From Chiloscyllium plagiosum (Eukaryota), in NCBI RefSeq assembly GCF_004010195.1, contig NC_057760.1:4223764-4261408 (forward strand): 37,645 nucleotides of DNA, read 5' to 3'. A program made the position numbers and the translations under genes. Positions 1-11,717 of the stretch are shown here, piece by piece (the stretch's first letter is position 1; every line of letters begins with the position of its first letter). The notes beneath the pieces are model-generated. The model saw only the letters and a list, made by a program, of their open reading frames with translations, had not been told where the DNA came from and made no database searches.

Positions 1-274
1 CTTTTTCCTGACCTCTCCGCCCCCACCCCACTCTGACCTATCACCCTCACCTTGACCTCTTTCCACCTATCGCATTTCCAATGCCCCTCCCCCAAGTCCC
101 TCCTCCCTACCTTTTATCTTAGCCTGCTGGACATACTTTCCTCATTCCTGAAGAAGGGCTCATGCCCGAAACATCGATTTTCCTGCTCCTTGGATGCTGC
201 CTGACCTGCTGCACTTTTCCAGCAACACATTTTCAGCTCTGATCTCCAGCATCTGCAGTCCTCACTTTCTCCTC
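1..274 (+). mobile_element. 3' end (pyrimidine-rich UTR plus pLTR) of a Penelope-like retroelement with a hammerhead motif at 148-175
   Basis: CTGAAGA-A-GGGC-TCAT-GCCC-GAAAC(A)TC at 148-175, followed by a ~100-nt tail that recurs at 24116-24253, 26818-27003 and 35577-35776; runs off the window start. Confidence 0.8.
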
Positions 275-995
275 GTGATAGACTTTACTTGTATGTGGCT
301 TAACAAAACTCCAACTCTATTCATCTTCGTGTGTCACATACTGGGGGAAATTGCTCTTTTCCTGAAGTAGGTAATTGGTTATAACGATCCAGATTGGTCC
401 GTAACCATCTATGTCTGGAACATTCTATAACTGATATTATTTTTGAACAGCTGAATGTCAGTTAATTGAACAAAAGATAAAATCTAGAGGGAAGAGACCC
501 CTTTCCATGGAGAAGGCGACATTGTTCAGGAACTTCCTCAGGCAGTTAAAGAGGTGGATAAGTTTTCCTTGTATGTAGGTTTCTTCACTACAGAGGATCC
601 ACCACAAGTTAGACATAAAGACAGAAATTTCTAACTTCAATTGGTATTGAAGGAAATGGGAGCGAATCCTTCAGAATGGCAATGTTTTCACCCTCTGTAT
701 TATGAACTGTGAAGACCTGACTTGCGTCTGCTTTCGAGTGATCAAATGTGTGGGAATGTTCCAGAAACCATCTGTTCTTATGGATGTGCGTATGTGTGTT
801 TGGGGAGGGAGGGTTTCTTGTGTTTTGCAGAATATTTTTGTCAGTAATTCAGAACGTATCATTTGTTATTTCAGTGCCAATTTCAATAAATCTCTGAATA
901 TAATGAGATATTTGAAAATCTTAAAAGGTCCTCAAACAAACTGGTAAATTTGCCTCCAGGCTGATGTATAATGTGTTTGCTTTCCTTCCTCACAG

Positions 996-1903
996 TTAAC
1001 GTAGTAACGATCTACGTCCTGCTTTATAAAGATTGTGGATTGTCTCGATGTGTCAGTCATTACCTGGTGGCCATGGCTGTGGCGGATCTACTGGTCATTA
1101 TCCTCGACGTGGTATGGAGACACTTTCCGATTCTTTATAGGAGACAGTTTAATTTCCTGTACTCCATCCCTGTGTGTAATATCCACGCTGTCCTGCTTCA
1201 TGCAACCACTGACTGCTCTGTCTGGTTCACCGTCACTTTCACTTTTGATCGATTTGTGGCCATTTGTTGCCAGAAGCTGAAAAGTAAGTACTGCAGTGAG
1301 AAAACAGCAGCTGTGGTTCTGGGATCAGTGACTGTGCTGAGCTGTTTAAAGAATATTTTCTGGTATTTTATGTTCACAGCTTGGTATTCACAGGAGAGCT
1401 CTCCCTGGTTTTGTGATGTAAGAGACAATGTTTATGACTCTTGTGTCTGGGTCACAATCGAGTTCCTCCACCACATTCTAAACCCGGCACTCCCATTTCT
1501 CCTGATTCTGCTGCTCAATATTTTCACTGTCAGGCACATTTTAGTGGTCAGCAGAGCCCGCAGGAGACTTCGGACTCACATCAATGGGGACGATCAGTCT
1601 GACACAGAAATGCAAAATCGAAAAAAATCCGTCATTTTACTGCTTGTGATCTCGGCCAATTTCATCCTGTTATGGTCAACGTTAATGGTGTGTTCTATAT
1701 GGAGACGGATGTGGCAGATTGGGTATGACTCTGTGTATCTTCATTGGTTCATGCTTGAATTAGGCTTCATGCTGCAGCTCCTCAGTTGCTGCACAAACAC
1801 CGCAATTTATGCCGTGACCCAGACTAAGTTCAGAAAGCAACTGAAGAATGTGCTGAAATATCCCTTTACCCAAATTCATCAATCAATCAAATTCACTCAT
1901 TAA
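996..1903 (+). CDS. Terminal coding exon of a class A (rhodopsin-like) GPCR, GPR139/GPR142-like shark-expanded family; 5' exon not in window
   Basis: Uninterrupted ORF with TM2 YLVAMAVADLL, TM3 Cys and TFDRFVAIC (DRY-type), ECL2 Cys, TM6 NFILLW, TM7 SCCTNTAIY and a helix-8 KFRKQL; polypyrimidine tract plus CAG acceptor ends at 995 (tttgctttccttcctcacag|ttaac); only the second half of TM1 is present. Confidence 0.9.
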
Positions 1904-3701
1904 TGACTCTATCCAGAATTTTCTAATTTCGGTTCAAAGTTTCAACCCTGGAGCAGACTGTTGCTATAGTAACAGACTGAGGACAGTGCTGGTTTGTTCA
2001 CCCTTTGCCACACTGGATTACAGGGACACATTTCATCGTTCTTCTCGACTTAAAGACTAGTGAGAAAAAGCATCGTTCCACTGACTGTATTGATAACTTC
2101 AATTTGGAGTGAACAAAAATGTTCATTACACAGTGCCTCAGGGAATACAGGAGCCCATGTTATGGGATGAAATCTCTCCGTCCTTGCTTTTTCCTCTTGT
2201 GTCACCCAATCCAACCTCGCGTCGGCAGAATTCATCTCCCTCCTTTGCTCCCTCTGCCTCCATAGCTCCCTCCTACTCTCGCACTGTCCCTCTTTCTCTC
2301 TTCCTCTCATTTCCTTACTTTTATGACTTTTCCAACCTCCCCATTCCCCTTGACTCCCTCTCCCTCTCACACATCCCTTACACTGTCCAGAAATATCTTT
2401 CTCGAATTCTCTCTCATCTTCCTCTGCTAGGGTAACAGATTGGGAATGGGTGCACATGTCCTACTATGGAACAGAGTGTGCATAATGATCACAGGCCATT
2501 GCTAGGGGAACAGAGTAGGAATGGATTGACAGGAAATGGATTGCTGTAGGAAAACTGTGAAGATGAGTTCACAAGCCATTGATCGAGCAACACAATGAGG
2601 TTGGGTTCACAAGTTGTTGAGAAGGCAACAGATGAAGTAGAGGTTCAGAAAACATTGCTAGGAAAGCCGAATGGGTTGCTAGGCCATTGGTAAAGGAACA
2701 GAGGGAGAATGGGTTCACAGATCATTGCAAGGGGAACAGGGAAAGAATTGGTTCATAGGCCCTTGGTAGAGGAACAGAGGGAGAATGGGTTCATATGCTG
2801 TTGCTAGGGGAACAAAGCGAGAATGGGTTTGCAGGGAGTTGCTAGTGGAACAGAGGGAGGATTGGCTCAGAGGCCGTTGCTAGAGGGATAGAGGGAGAAT
2901 GGATTGACAGGCCGTTGGCAATGGAACAAATGGAGAATGGGTTCACAGGCCATTGCTAGAGGAACAGAGGGAGAATGGGTTCGCAGGCCGTTGCTAGTGG
3001 AACAGAGGGAGAATGGGTTCACAGGCTGTTGCTAGAGGAACAGAGGGAGAATGGGTTCACAGACCGTTGCTAGACGAACAAAGGGAGAATGGGTTCACAG
3101 GCCGTTGCTGGAGGGACAGAGGGAGAATGGATTGACAGACCGTTGATAATGGAACAGAGGGAGAATGGGTTCACAGGCCGTTGCAAGGGGAACAAAGCGA
3201 GAATGGGTTCACAGGCCATTGGCAATGAAACAAATGGAGAATGGGCTCACAGGCTGTTGCTAGAGGAACAGAGGGAGAATGGGTTCGCAGGCCGTTGCTA
3301 GAGGAACAGAGGGAGAATGGGTTCACAGGCCGTTGCAAGGGAAACAAAGCGAGAATGGGTTCACAGGCTGTTGCTAGAGGAACAGAGGGAGAATGGGCTC
3401 ACAGGCTGTTGCTAGAGGGATAGATGGAGAATGGATTGACAGACCGTTGATAATGGAACAAATGGAGAATGGGTTCACAGGCCGTTGCTAGAGGAACAGA
3501 GGGAGAATGGGTTCGCAGACCGTTGCTGGAGGGACAGAGGGAGAATGGATTGACAGACCGTTGATAATGGAACAGAGGGAGAATGGGTTCACAGGCCGTT
3601 GCAAGGGGAACAAAGCGAGAATGGGTTCACAGGCCGTTGGCAATGGAACAAATGGAGAATGGGTTCGCAGGCCGTTGCTAGAGGAGCAGAGGGAGAATGG
3701 G

Positions 3702-3985
3702 NNNNNNNNNNNNNNNNNNNNNNNNNNNNNNNNNNNNNNNNNNNNNNNNNNNNNNNNNNNNNNNNNNNNNNNNNNNNNNNNNNNNNNNNNNNNNNNNNNN
3801 NNNNNNNNNNNNNNNNNNNNNNNNNNNNNNNNNNNNNNNNNNNNNNNNNNNNNNNNNNNNNNNNNNNNNNNNNNNNNNNNNNNNNNNNNNNNNNNNNNNN
3901 NNNNNNNNNNNNNNNNNNNNNNNNNNNNNNNNNNNNNNNNNNNNNNNNNNNNNNNNNNNNNNNNNNNNNNNNNNNNNNNNNNNNN
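3702..3985. other. Assembly gap (N run) inside the minisatellite
   Basis: Run of N. Confidence 1.
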
Positions 3986-4397
3986 AGAGGGAGAATGGGT
4001 TCACAGGCCGTTGCTAGAGGAACAGAGGGAGAATGGGTTCACAGGCCGTTGCTAGAGGAACAGAGGGAGAATGGGTTCACAGGCCGTTGCTGGAGGGACA
4101 GAGGGAGAATGGATTGACAGACCGTTGATAATGGAACAGAGGGAGAATGGGTTCACAGGCTGTTGGCAATGGAACAAATGGAGAATGGGTTGACAGGCTG
4201 TTGGCAATGGAACAAATGGAGAATGGGTTCACAGGCCGTTGTTAGAGGAACAGAGGGAGAATGGGTTCGCAGGCCTGTTGCTAGAGGAACAGAGGGAGAA
4301 TGGGCTCACAGGCCATTGCTAGAGGAACAGAGGGAGAATGGGCTCACAGACCGTTGCTAGAGGAACAGAGGGAGAATGGGTTCACAGACCTTTAATA

Positions 4398-4600
4398 CAG
4401 GAGGTAAAAACAATGACTGCAGAAGCTGGAAACCAGATTCTGGATTAGTGGTGCTGGAAGAGCACAGCAGTTCAGGCAGCATCCAAGGAGCAGCGAATTC
4501 GACGTTTCGGGCAAAAGCCCTTCATCAGGAATAAAGGCAGGGAGCTCTCTGCCTTTATTCCTGATGAAGGGCTTTTGCCCAAAGCGTCGATTTCACTGCT
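4398..4600. mobile_element. Short palindromic PLE-derived insertion with two opposed hammerhead motifs and a 9-bp TSD
   Basis: CCTTTAATA at 4389-4397 and 4601-4609; spacerless inverted repeat 4485-4604 centred on GAGCTC (4542-4547). Confidence 0.85.
4501..4528 (-). ncRNA. Minimal type I hammerhead ribozyme motif, intact core
   Basis: Minus strand reads auuc-CUGAUGA-A-GGGC-UUUU-GCCC-GAAA-CG-UC-gaau: conserved boxes, 4-bp stem II, 4-bp stem I, GUC cleavage triplet. Confidence 0.8.
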
Positions 4601-5491
4601 CCTTTAATAGAGGAACCGATTGAGAATGGATTCACAAACCATTGCAAGGGTAATGGAGAAATAATTGGTCCACAGGCCATTGCTAGGGAAACAGACAGAA
4701 TGGGGTAACAGGCCATTGCAAGGAGAAAAGTGTGGGAATGTTATAAAAGGCTGTTTCCTTGGCCAACAGAGTGGGCATGGGTTCACAGGCTGTTGCAAGG
4801 GGCACAGAGTGGGAACAGCATTACAGTCTTTTGCTATGGGAACAAAGAAGAGATCAGTCCAGAGGCTATTGTGGGGAGTAGTCAGTTGGAGTGGTTTCAA
4901 AGACCGTTGCTGGGGGAGCAGTGCGAGGTCTAGGTTCACAGGTTGTTGCGAGGGCTGCGGAGCAGAAATGGGTTCACTGGCTGTGTGAGAAGAAAATGAA
5001 GGAGTATGTTAAAAAGACCATTCCCAGGAGAAAAGCATGGCAATTGGATCAAAGGCCGTTGATATACGAACAATGTGGGGATGGGTTCACAAGCTGTTGC
5101 TGGAAGAAAGGAGTGAGGAATGGGTTCAAAAGGCAGTTGCTAGGGAAACCGTGTGTGGATAGGCACACAGTCCATTGTAAGGGGAACACAGTCGTGAGAA
5201 AAATATAATAAGGGTGAATTCACACGGCGTTGTGCAGGGAACAGAATGAGGGTGCAATCAAAGGCTGTTGGCTGGGAACAGTGTAGGGATTGGTTCAGTG
5301 GCCGTTCTTCGGTTAACAGAGTGGTGATGGTTTCACGTACCAGGTTAGGGCACCAGGTGAAGAAGAGGTTCACAGGCTGTTGCTGAGGGAACAGATTGGC
5401 GATGGGATCACAGGCCATTTCAAGGGTAACAGAGAGGTGATGGATTCACAGACCATTGTCAAGAGATTAAAATGGGGATGCATTCTCGAGA

Positions 5492-6352
5492 GAATTGAGG
5501 GCTAATGCAGGCTGCAGCGCGACATAGACAGGATGCAGAGTTGGGCTGAGAAATGCCAGATGGAGTTCAACCTGGATAAATGTGAAGTGATGCATTTTGA
5601 AAGGTTGAACTCGAATACTGAATATAGGATTAAAGACAGGATTCTTGGCAGTGTGGAGGAACAGAGGATCTTGGTGTTCAAGTACGTAGATCCCTCAAAG
5701 TTGCCTCCTAAGTGAATAGGGTTGTTAAGAAAGTATGTGGTATTTTGGCTTTCATTAACAGGGGGATCGAGTTTAAGAGCCGTGAGGTTTTGCTGCAGCT
5801 CTACAAGGGCCTGGTGAGACCACACTTGGAATATTGTGTCCAGTTGTGGTCACCCTACTAAAGGAAAGATACAGAGGCTTTGGAGAGGGTGCAAAGAAGG
5901 TTTACCAGGATGCTGTCTGGATTGGATGGCTTGCTTTATGAGAGAGGTTGACTAAGCTCAGACCTTTCTCTCTGGAGAAAAGGAGGAAAAGAGGTGACCT
6001 GATCGAGGGACACAAGGATAGAGTCAATTACCAGAGACTTTTCTCCAGGGCAGGATTGACTGGCGCAAGGGGTCAGACTTTTAAGATATTAGGAGAAAGG
6101 GATACAGGAGATGTCAGAGGAAGGTTCTTTACGCAAAGAGATGTGAATGGATGGAATGCATTGCCAACGATGGTGGTGGAAGCAGAATCATTAGAGACAT
6201 TTAAGTGACTGCTGGACATGCACACAGACAACAGTGAATTGAAGGGTGCGTAGGTTAAGTTATTTTATTTTACATTAGGTTTAATCCACAGCACAACATC
6301 GTGGGCCAAAGGGCCTGTTCTGTGCTGTATGCTTCTAAATTCTATGTTCTAT
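5492..6352 (+). mobile_element. 5'-truncated CR1-clade LINE (end of RT, C-terminus, 3' UTR)
   Basis: SWAEKCQMEFNLDKCEVMHF, LVRPHLEYCVQ and FSLEKRRKRGDLI peptides; 3' end gggccaaagggcctgtt...(ttctatg)n. Confidence 0.95.
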
Positions 6353-7016
6353 GTTCACAGGCCATTGCTACGTGAACAGAGCAGGGATGGGTGCACAGGC
6401 CATTCCAGAAAGAAAAGAGTTGGTCTCGGTTCAGAATGCCGTTGCTGGAGGAGTAGTGGACGGAAAGGTTCATGGGCTGTTGCGAATACTATATTGTGGA
6501 AATAGTTCACAGGCCCGTTGCAAAGGGATCAGATTAGGAATTGTTTATTGGTCATTACCAGATCAACACGTGGGCAGTGGTTGATAGACCATTGTTGGGG
6601 GAACAGAGTGGGGATAGGTTCACAGGCTGTTGCTGGGGTAACAGCATAAGGATTCTTCTGCAGATCATTGCGGGGAGAACAGATTGGGGGATATGAAGGC
6701 AGATTAGCATCACAGAATGGTTAAAACGCAGCAGGAGTTATTCAAACTATCATGTACTCCTGTAATTATATGATATTTAAAAGGAGTATGCTAATTCCTG
6801 AAGTGTTACAGATGGATTCAATTGACAGATAGTGAGGATTTTTTTTTATTGACTGAGCAAACAAGAAAATGCAACAGGAAAGAACAAAATCATGTAGTGT
6901 TACTTGAGGAGACAGACCTTCTGACAAAAGGTCTGAAATAGAATTTCAGCTGTTTGATGCGAGAGCTTAAAGTTTTAGAGATTCAATCCTAGGTATTTTA
7001 AGTACGGCAAGTAACT

Positions 7017-9685
7017 ATCCCAGGGATATCAGGTGGGATAAAGAGGGGGTAAGAGGGGTGAAGAAGTTCCAATACAGGTCGAAGAGGAGATCACAGCTGT
7101 GTTGAAGGAGGGAAGTATGGAAGACTCGAGCTGTGAGGCAATATGGGCAGAGCTCAGAAATAGGAAGGGTGCAGTAACAATGTTGAGGCTGTACTACAAG
7201 CCTCCCAACAGCAAGCATGAGATAGAGGTACAAATATGAAAAAAGACCATGGAAAGATGTAGGAGCAACAGTTTGGTGGTGGCCATGGGAAATTTTAATT
7301 TTCCCAACATTGACTGGCATTCACTTAGTGTTAGAGGTCTAGATGGAGCAGAATTTGTAAGGAGCATCCAGGAGGGTTTTCTAGAACAGTATGTAAATAG
7401 TTAATTTCGGGAAGGTGCCATACTGACTCTGGAAATGAGCCCGTCCAAGTGGCTGAAGTTTCAGTCAGGGATTACTTTGGGAATAGTGATCACAGTTCCG
7501 TAAGTTTTAGAATACTCATGGACGAAGACAAGAGTGAACCAAAATGAAGAGTGCTAAATTTGGGGAAGGCCAGCTATACCAAAATTCTGCAGGAGCTGGG
7601 GAATGTAGATTGGGAGCAGCTGTTTGAAGGTAAATCCACTATGATATGTGGGAGGCTTTTAAAAAGAGGTTGATTAGAGTTCAGGAGAGTATGTTCCTGT
7701 GTAAATGAAGAATAGAAATGCTACAGTTAGGGAACCATAAATGACAAGTGAATTTGAGAGACTAGCTAAGAGGAAAATGGAAGTGCACAGAAGTTCCAAG
7801 TGATTGAAGACAAAAGAAGCTTTGGAGAATATCAGGAATGTCAGATCAATCTGAAACAAGGTGTTAAGAGGCCTCAAAGGGGTCATGAGATATATTTAGC
7901 AAACAGGGTAACAAAAATCCCAAAGCCTTTTCTTCAATTATAAGTAGCAAGAGGATGACTAGAGAAAGTGTTGGCTCACTCAAGAACAAAGGAGGAATGT
8001 TAAGCGTGGTGTCAGAGAAAATGAGTGAGAGTCTTAATGAGTATTTTGCATTGGTATTCACTGTGGAGAGGGACATGATGGATGTTGAGGTTAGGGATAG
8101 ATCTTTGATTACTCTTGGTCAAGTCGGCATAAGGATGGAGGAAGTGTTGGGTATTCTAAAAGGCATTAAGGAGGACAAGTTCCGAGGTCCAGATGGGATC
8201 TATCCCAGGCTACTGAGAGAAGCAAGAGAGGAAATGGTAGGAGCTTTAACAGATATCTTTGAAGCATCCTTGAACATGGGTGAGGTCCCAGAGGACTGCA
8301 GAATTGCTAATGTTGTCCAATTGTTTAAGGAAGTTAGCAGAGACAATCCAGTTAATTATGGAGCAGTGAGCCTGATGTAGTGGTAGGGAAGCTGCTGGAG
8401 AAGATGCTGAAGTATAGGATCTATTCCCATTTGGAAGAAAATATGCCCCTCAGTGACAGGCAACATGGTTTTGTGCAGGGAAGGACATGTCTTACAAAAG
8501 TATTAGAATTCTTTGAGCAAGTGACAATGTTCATTGATAAGGGGAGGATGTTAATATCATAGACTTGGACTCTAGTAAGGCGTTTGATAAGGTTCTCCAT
8601 GATAGGCTGATGGTGAAGGTGAAGTTGCTTATGATCCAGGGTGTACTCGATGGATAAGAATTGTCTTGACAACAGGAGACAGAGAGTAGTAATGCAAGGG
8701 AGTTTCTCAAAATGGAAACCTGTGAGGATCCATGCTGGGACCACTTTTGTTTGTGATATACATAAATGATTGGAGGAAGATATTGGTCGTCTGATTAAAA
8801 AGTTTGCAGGTGACATTAAAATTGTTGGAGTAGCAGATAGTAAAGGGGACTGACAGAGAATGCAGCAGAATATAGATAGATTGGAGAGTTGGGCAGAAAA
8901 ATGACAGATGGAGTTCAATCAGGGTAATGCGAGGTGATGAATTTTGGAAGAGCCAATTCAAGAATGAACTGTACAGCAAATGGAAAAGTCCTGGGGAAAA
9001 TTGATGTACTGAGAGATCTGCGTGTTCAGGTCCATTGTTCCCTGAACATGGCAATACAGGTGAGTAGAGTGGTCAAGAAGGCATACGTCATGGTTTCCTT
9101 CATCAGATGGGGTATTGAGTACAAAACTGGCAGGTCATGTTACGATTGTATAAGACTTTGGTTCGGCCACATTTGGAATACTGCGTACAGTTCTGGTTGT
9201 CACATTACCAAAAGGATGTGGATGCTTTGGAGAGGGTGTAGAGGAGGTTCACCAGGATGTTGCCTGGTATGGAGGGTGCTAGATATGAGGAGAGGTTAAG
9301 TAAATTAAGATTATTTTCATTAGAAAGCCGAAGGTTGAGGGGATACCTGATTGAGATCCACAGAATCATGAGCAGTATCGGTAGGGTGGATAGGGGGGGA
9401 CTTAATTACGAGAGGGCATGATTTCAAAGTGAGAGGGGAAAAGTTTAGGGGAGATATACATGGAAAGCTCTTCATGCAGATGGTGGTGGGTGCCTCGAAC
9501 GGAGGAATTAGGGGCAGGAATGATAGATTCACTTAAGATGTATCTAGACAGATACATGAATGGGCAGGGAACAAAGGGACACAGATCACTAGAAAATAGG
9601 CGACAGGTTAAGAGAGAGGATTTGGATCGTCACAAGATTGGAGGACCGAAGGGCCTGTTCCTGTGCTGTAACATTTTGTCTTTCT
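7017..9685 (+). mobile_element. CR1 LINE, most of ORF2 (APE endonuclease plus RT) and 3' UTR, with many stops and frameshifts
   Basis: GNFNFPNIDW, GNSDH, GPDGIYPRLLRE, QHGFVQGRTCLT, FAGDIKI (decayed FADD) and the CR1 3' motif ggaccgaagggcctgtt. Confidence 0.95.
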
Positions 9686-10199
9686 TCATGATTTCACGCA
9701 AGTGTGAGAGTAGGCAGTAGGTTTAACTGACTGTGTTGAGGTGGGCCTGATGTTCAGGAACTCCCCCTCTATATCCCTACGCAACTCATTTTTAGATGCA
9801 ACTTAAAATGAAGGGCATGATCAGCCTGTCGTTCGCCGTTGTCAGCTTTAGTTCTAAAACTTTAATCTCAATTCTTTCTCATAACCTTGCAGAACAGCAG
9901 CTGGCAATGCTTGAGCTTATGATGCAGCAATACTGTTTCGGGTTCTAACTAACTAAGGTTTGTCTTACCTAAAAGTATTTTAATTTTCACCAGAGCGTAG
10001 CTAATTGTGCGGTTTTGCTAAACAATTTAACAAAATATGTCGATAAGTTTTCTCATTCCCTTTCTTATTTACTCACAAAGTCTTAATGCCACTTTTAAAG
10101 GAGGACAGTGTTTCATGGACTCGGCGTGCTCATTTATTCTGTTTCCCAGTGTGAATTGTAACACAGAAAGTATTTATGTTTATCGCCACACGCTGCAGT

Positions 10200-10500
10200 A
10201 ATGCATTCCCTAGATTCACGACATCTTGAGAAGAAATTTCTCCTCATTTGTTTTAAATCTACTACTCCTTAAACTATGATATTTCATTCTCGATTAACCA
10301 ACAAGAGGAAATAGCCTCTAAATCTTCTTTAACATCTTTGATATCCATATTATATCCCTAAACTCTAGGGAGCAAGAGTGTAAACGATTCAATCTTCTTC
10401 AACACACACGAAAAAGTGCGTGTCTAGAATCTTTCTCGTGAATTTTCTCTGTACTTCATTCAATGAAACTACACCCAACATCATGTAAGTGGACAGAGAC
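10200..10500 (-). mobile_element. Very old CR1 3' fragment shared by both duplication arms (partner ~23310-23600)
   Basis: Resembles a CR1 3' region (gagaagaaatttctcctcat, ctaaactct); a reverse-complement homologue is present in arm B. Confidence 0.55.
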
Positions 10501-11717
10501 GTCCAGAGGTGTCAATGATTTTATTTCCTGCAATCAACTTGAGTTATTTCGTATTAAGATCATTGTGTGAATATGTTCTGCGACAAACTAACATGTTAAA
10601 ACAAATTGGAAAAAATATAACTTATGAGCAATGAAGCAAGGTTTCACGCTGCAGTCTAATTTATCGACTATTGCCATCATCTGGGATAGTACTATTTATC
10701 GTGTTGCTTTTCTCTCGATGTCTACATAATGGCAAATGTTACAACTCAATGTTTGTTCAAGAGAAGAGCAGACACATTGTTGTCCATTTGCACCAATATC
10801 AGTGTCGCCCTGAGACTATGTTTCGTAAATCATGCTAAGTTAAGTCTTTTTTCCAATGACTTCAAATTACATTTGTGTAGAATTTAGAATTATCACACGT
10901 CCGTCAGCGATCTGAGTATTAATATGTAATGATGAGGTTCTCCACTGGAACTGTTTTACACGGGGTCCAATCTGACAAGACGCAGACGTGATGCAGTGGA
11001 AAATTGTCTTGCTGAAAAAGAAAACACTTTTGATATGATCATCTGGCTGGATGTCAGGACTTGTGCTGAATAAAACAGATTTTATCCAATCTTCATGGAT
11101 GGAAAGTCAACAGGGAAGTATTCAACAAAGAAACATAGTTGAAAAGCTGGCTATAAGAGGACGGTTTCAGGTCCATCTTATCCTATCTTTGACAACATAC
11201 TTGATTGATTGTTAATTTGTCTTTCTCATAAGGCATATCTGACATCATTGTTGATACATCAGATCCAAATAAACTGCAAAGACTTATCTTGTCATTACTT
11301 AAATCACGAATTTCCACTTGCTTAAGATCATTAAATGTGCTTTACTTTCCAGAGAGTAACGACGTCTTATGATAGGGAGTGTCAAAGTAAAGTGGTAGAA
11401 CCATATTCTGAGCTGCCAACATGCAGCTCAGAATATGGTTTACAACACAGGAGGGACTGTTCATATTGTAATGTATTCACAGACATTTAGAAAATATGTA
11501 TTATTTCCTGAGGTGTTACAGGTAACTAAAATATTCGATGTGATAGACAGTGACTTCTTTCAATCAACCGATGAACATCAAGAAATGAAAAATAGAGATG
11601 AAAGTAATTATGTGTGCTATGAGGTGGCAACAGTGGAGACAAATATCATGCAAGATGTCTCCAGTAAAACATATTGTAGGTGGTCACAATTCGGAGGTCC
11701 CGGTGATGGACTGGAGT

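Larger units (their letters stand above)
2430..6700 (+). repeat. 38-bp minisatellite (AGAGGGAGAATGGGTTCACAGGCCGTTGCTAGAGGAAC); homogeneous core ~2690-4390, diverged flanks, split by PLE and CR1 insertions
   Basis: Exact 38-nt period (units start at 3986, 4024, 4062); degenerate units continue to ~5480 and resume ~6350-6700. Confidence 0.95.
1986..10700 (+). repeat. Arm A of an inverted segmental duplication (partner ~23070-25648), interrupted by younger insertions
   Basis: Colinear reverse-complement matches: 2020-2140/25490-25615, 6790-6915/24400-24530, 9688-9860/23920-24090, 10561-10605/23177-23221. Confidence 0.9.

Noticed and set aside
971..995. ATG at 971 as the GPCR start codon
   Set aside because: These bases are a polypyrimidine tract and CAG acceptor; starting here would give no N-terminus and only half of TM1
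2050..2457. Ser/Pro-rich ORF with an apparent homologue at 25112-25498
   Set aside because: Low-complexity CT-rich DNA; similarity is explained by the inverted duplication, and starts, ends and lengths are not conserved
2690..4390. 38-bp repeat as a CRISPR array
   Set aside because: Units are head-to-tail with no unique spacers, there are no cas genes, and the context is vertebrate
3089..5418. Repetitive ORFs (MGSQAVA.../EQRENGFTGRC) and X-filled ORFs
   Set aside because: Translations of the minisatellite and the N gap
7017..9685. Active autonomous LINE or novel reverse-transcriptase system
   Set aside because: All RT-bearing segments are truncated or interrupted, standard CR1/Rex1 fossils
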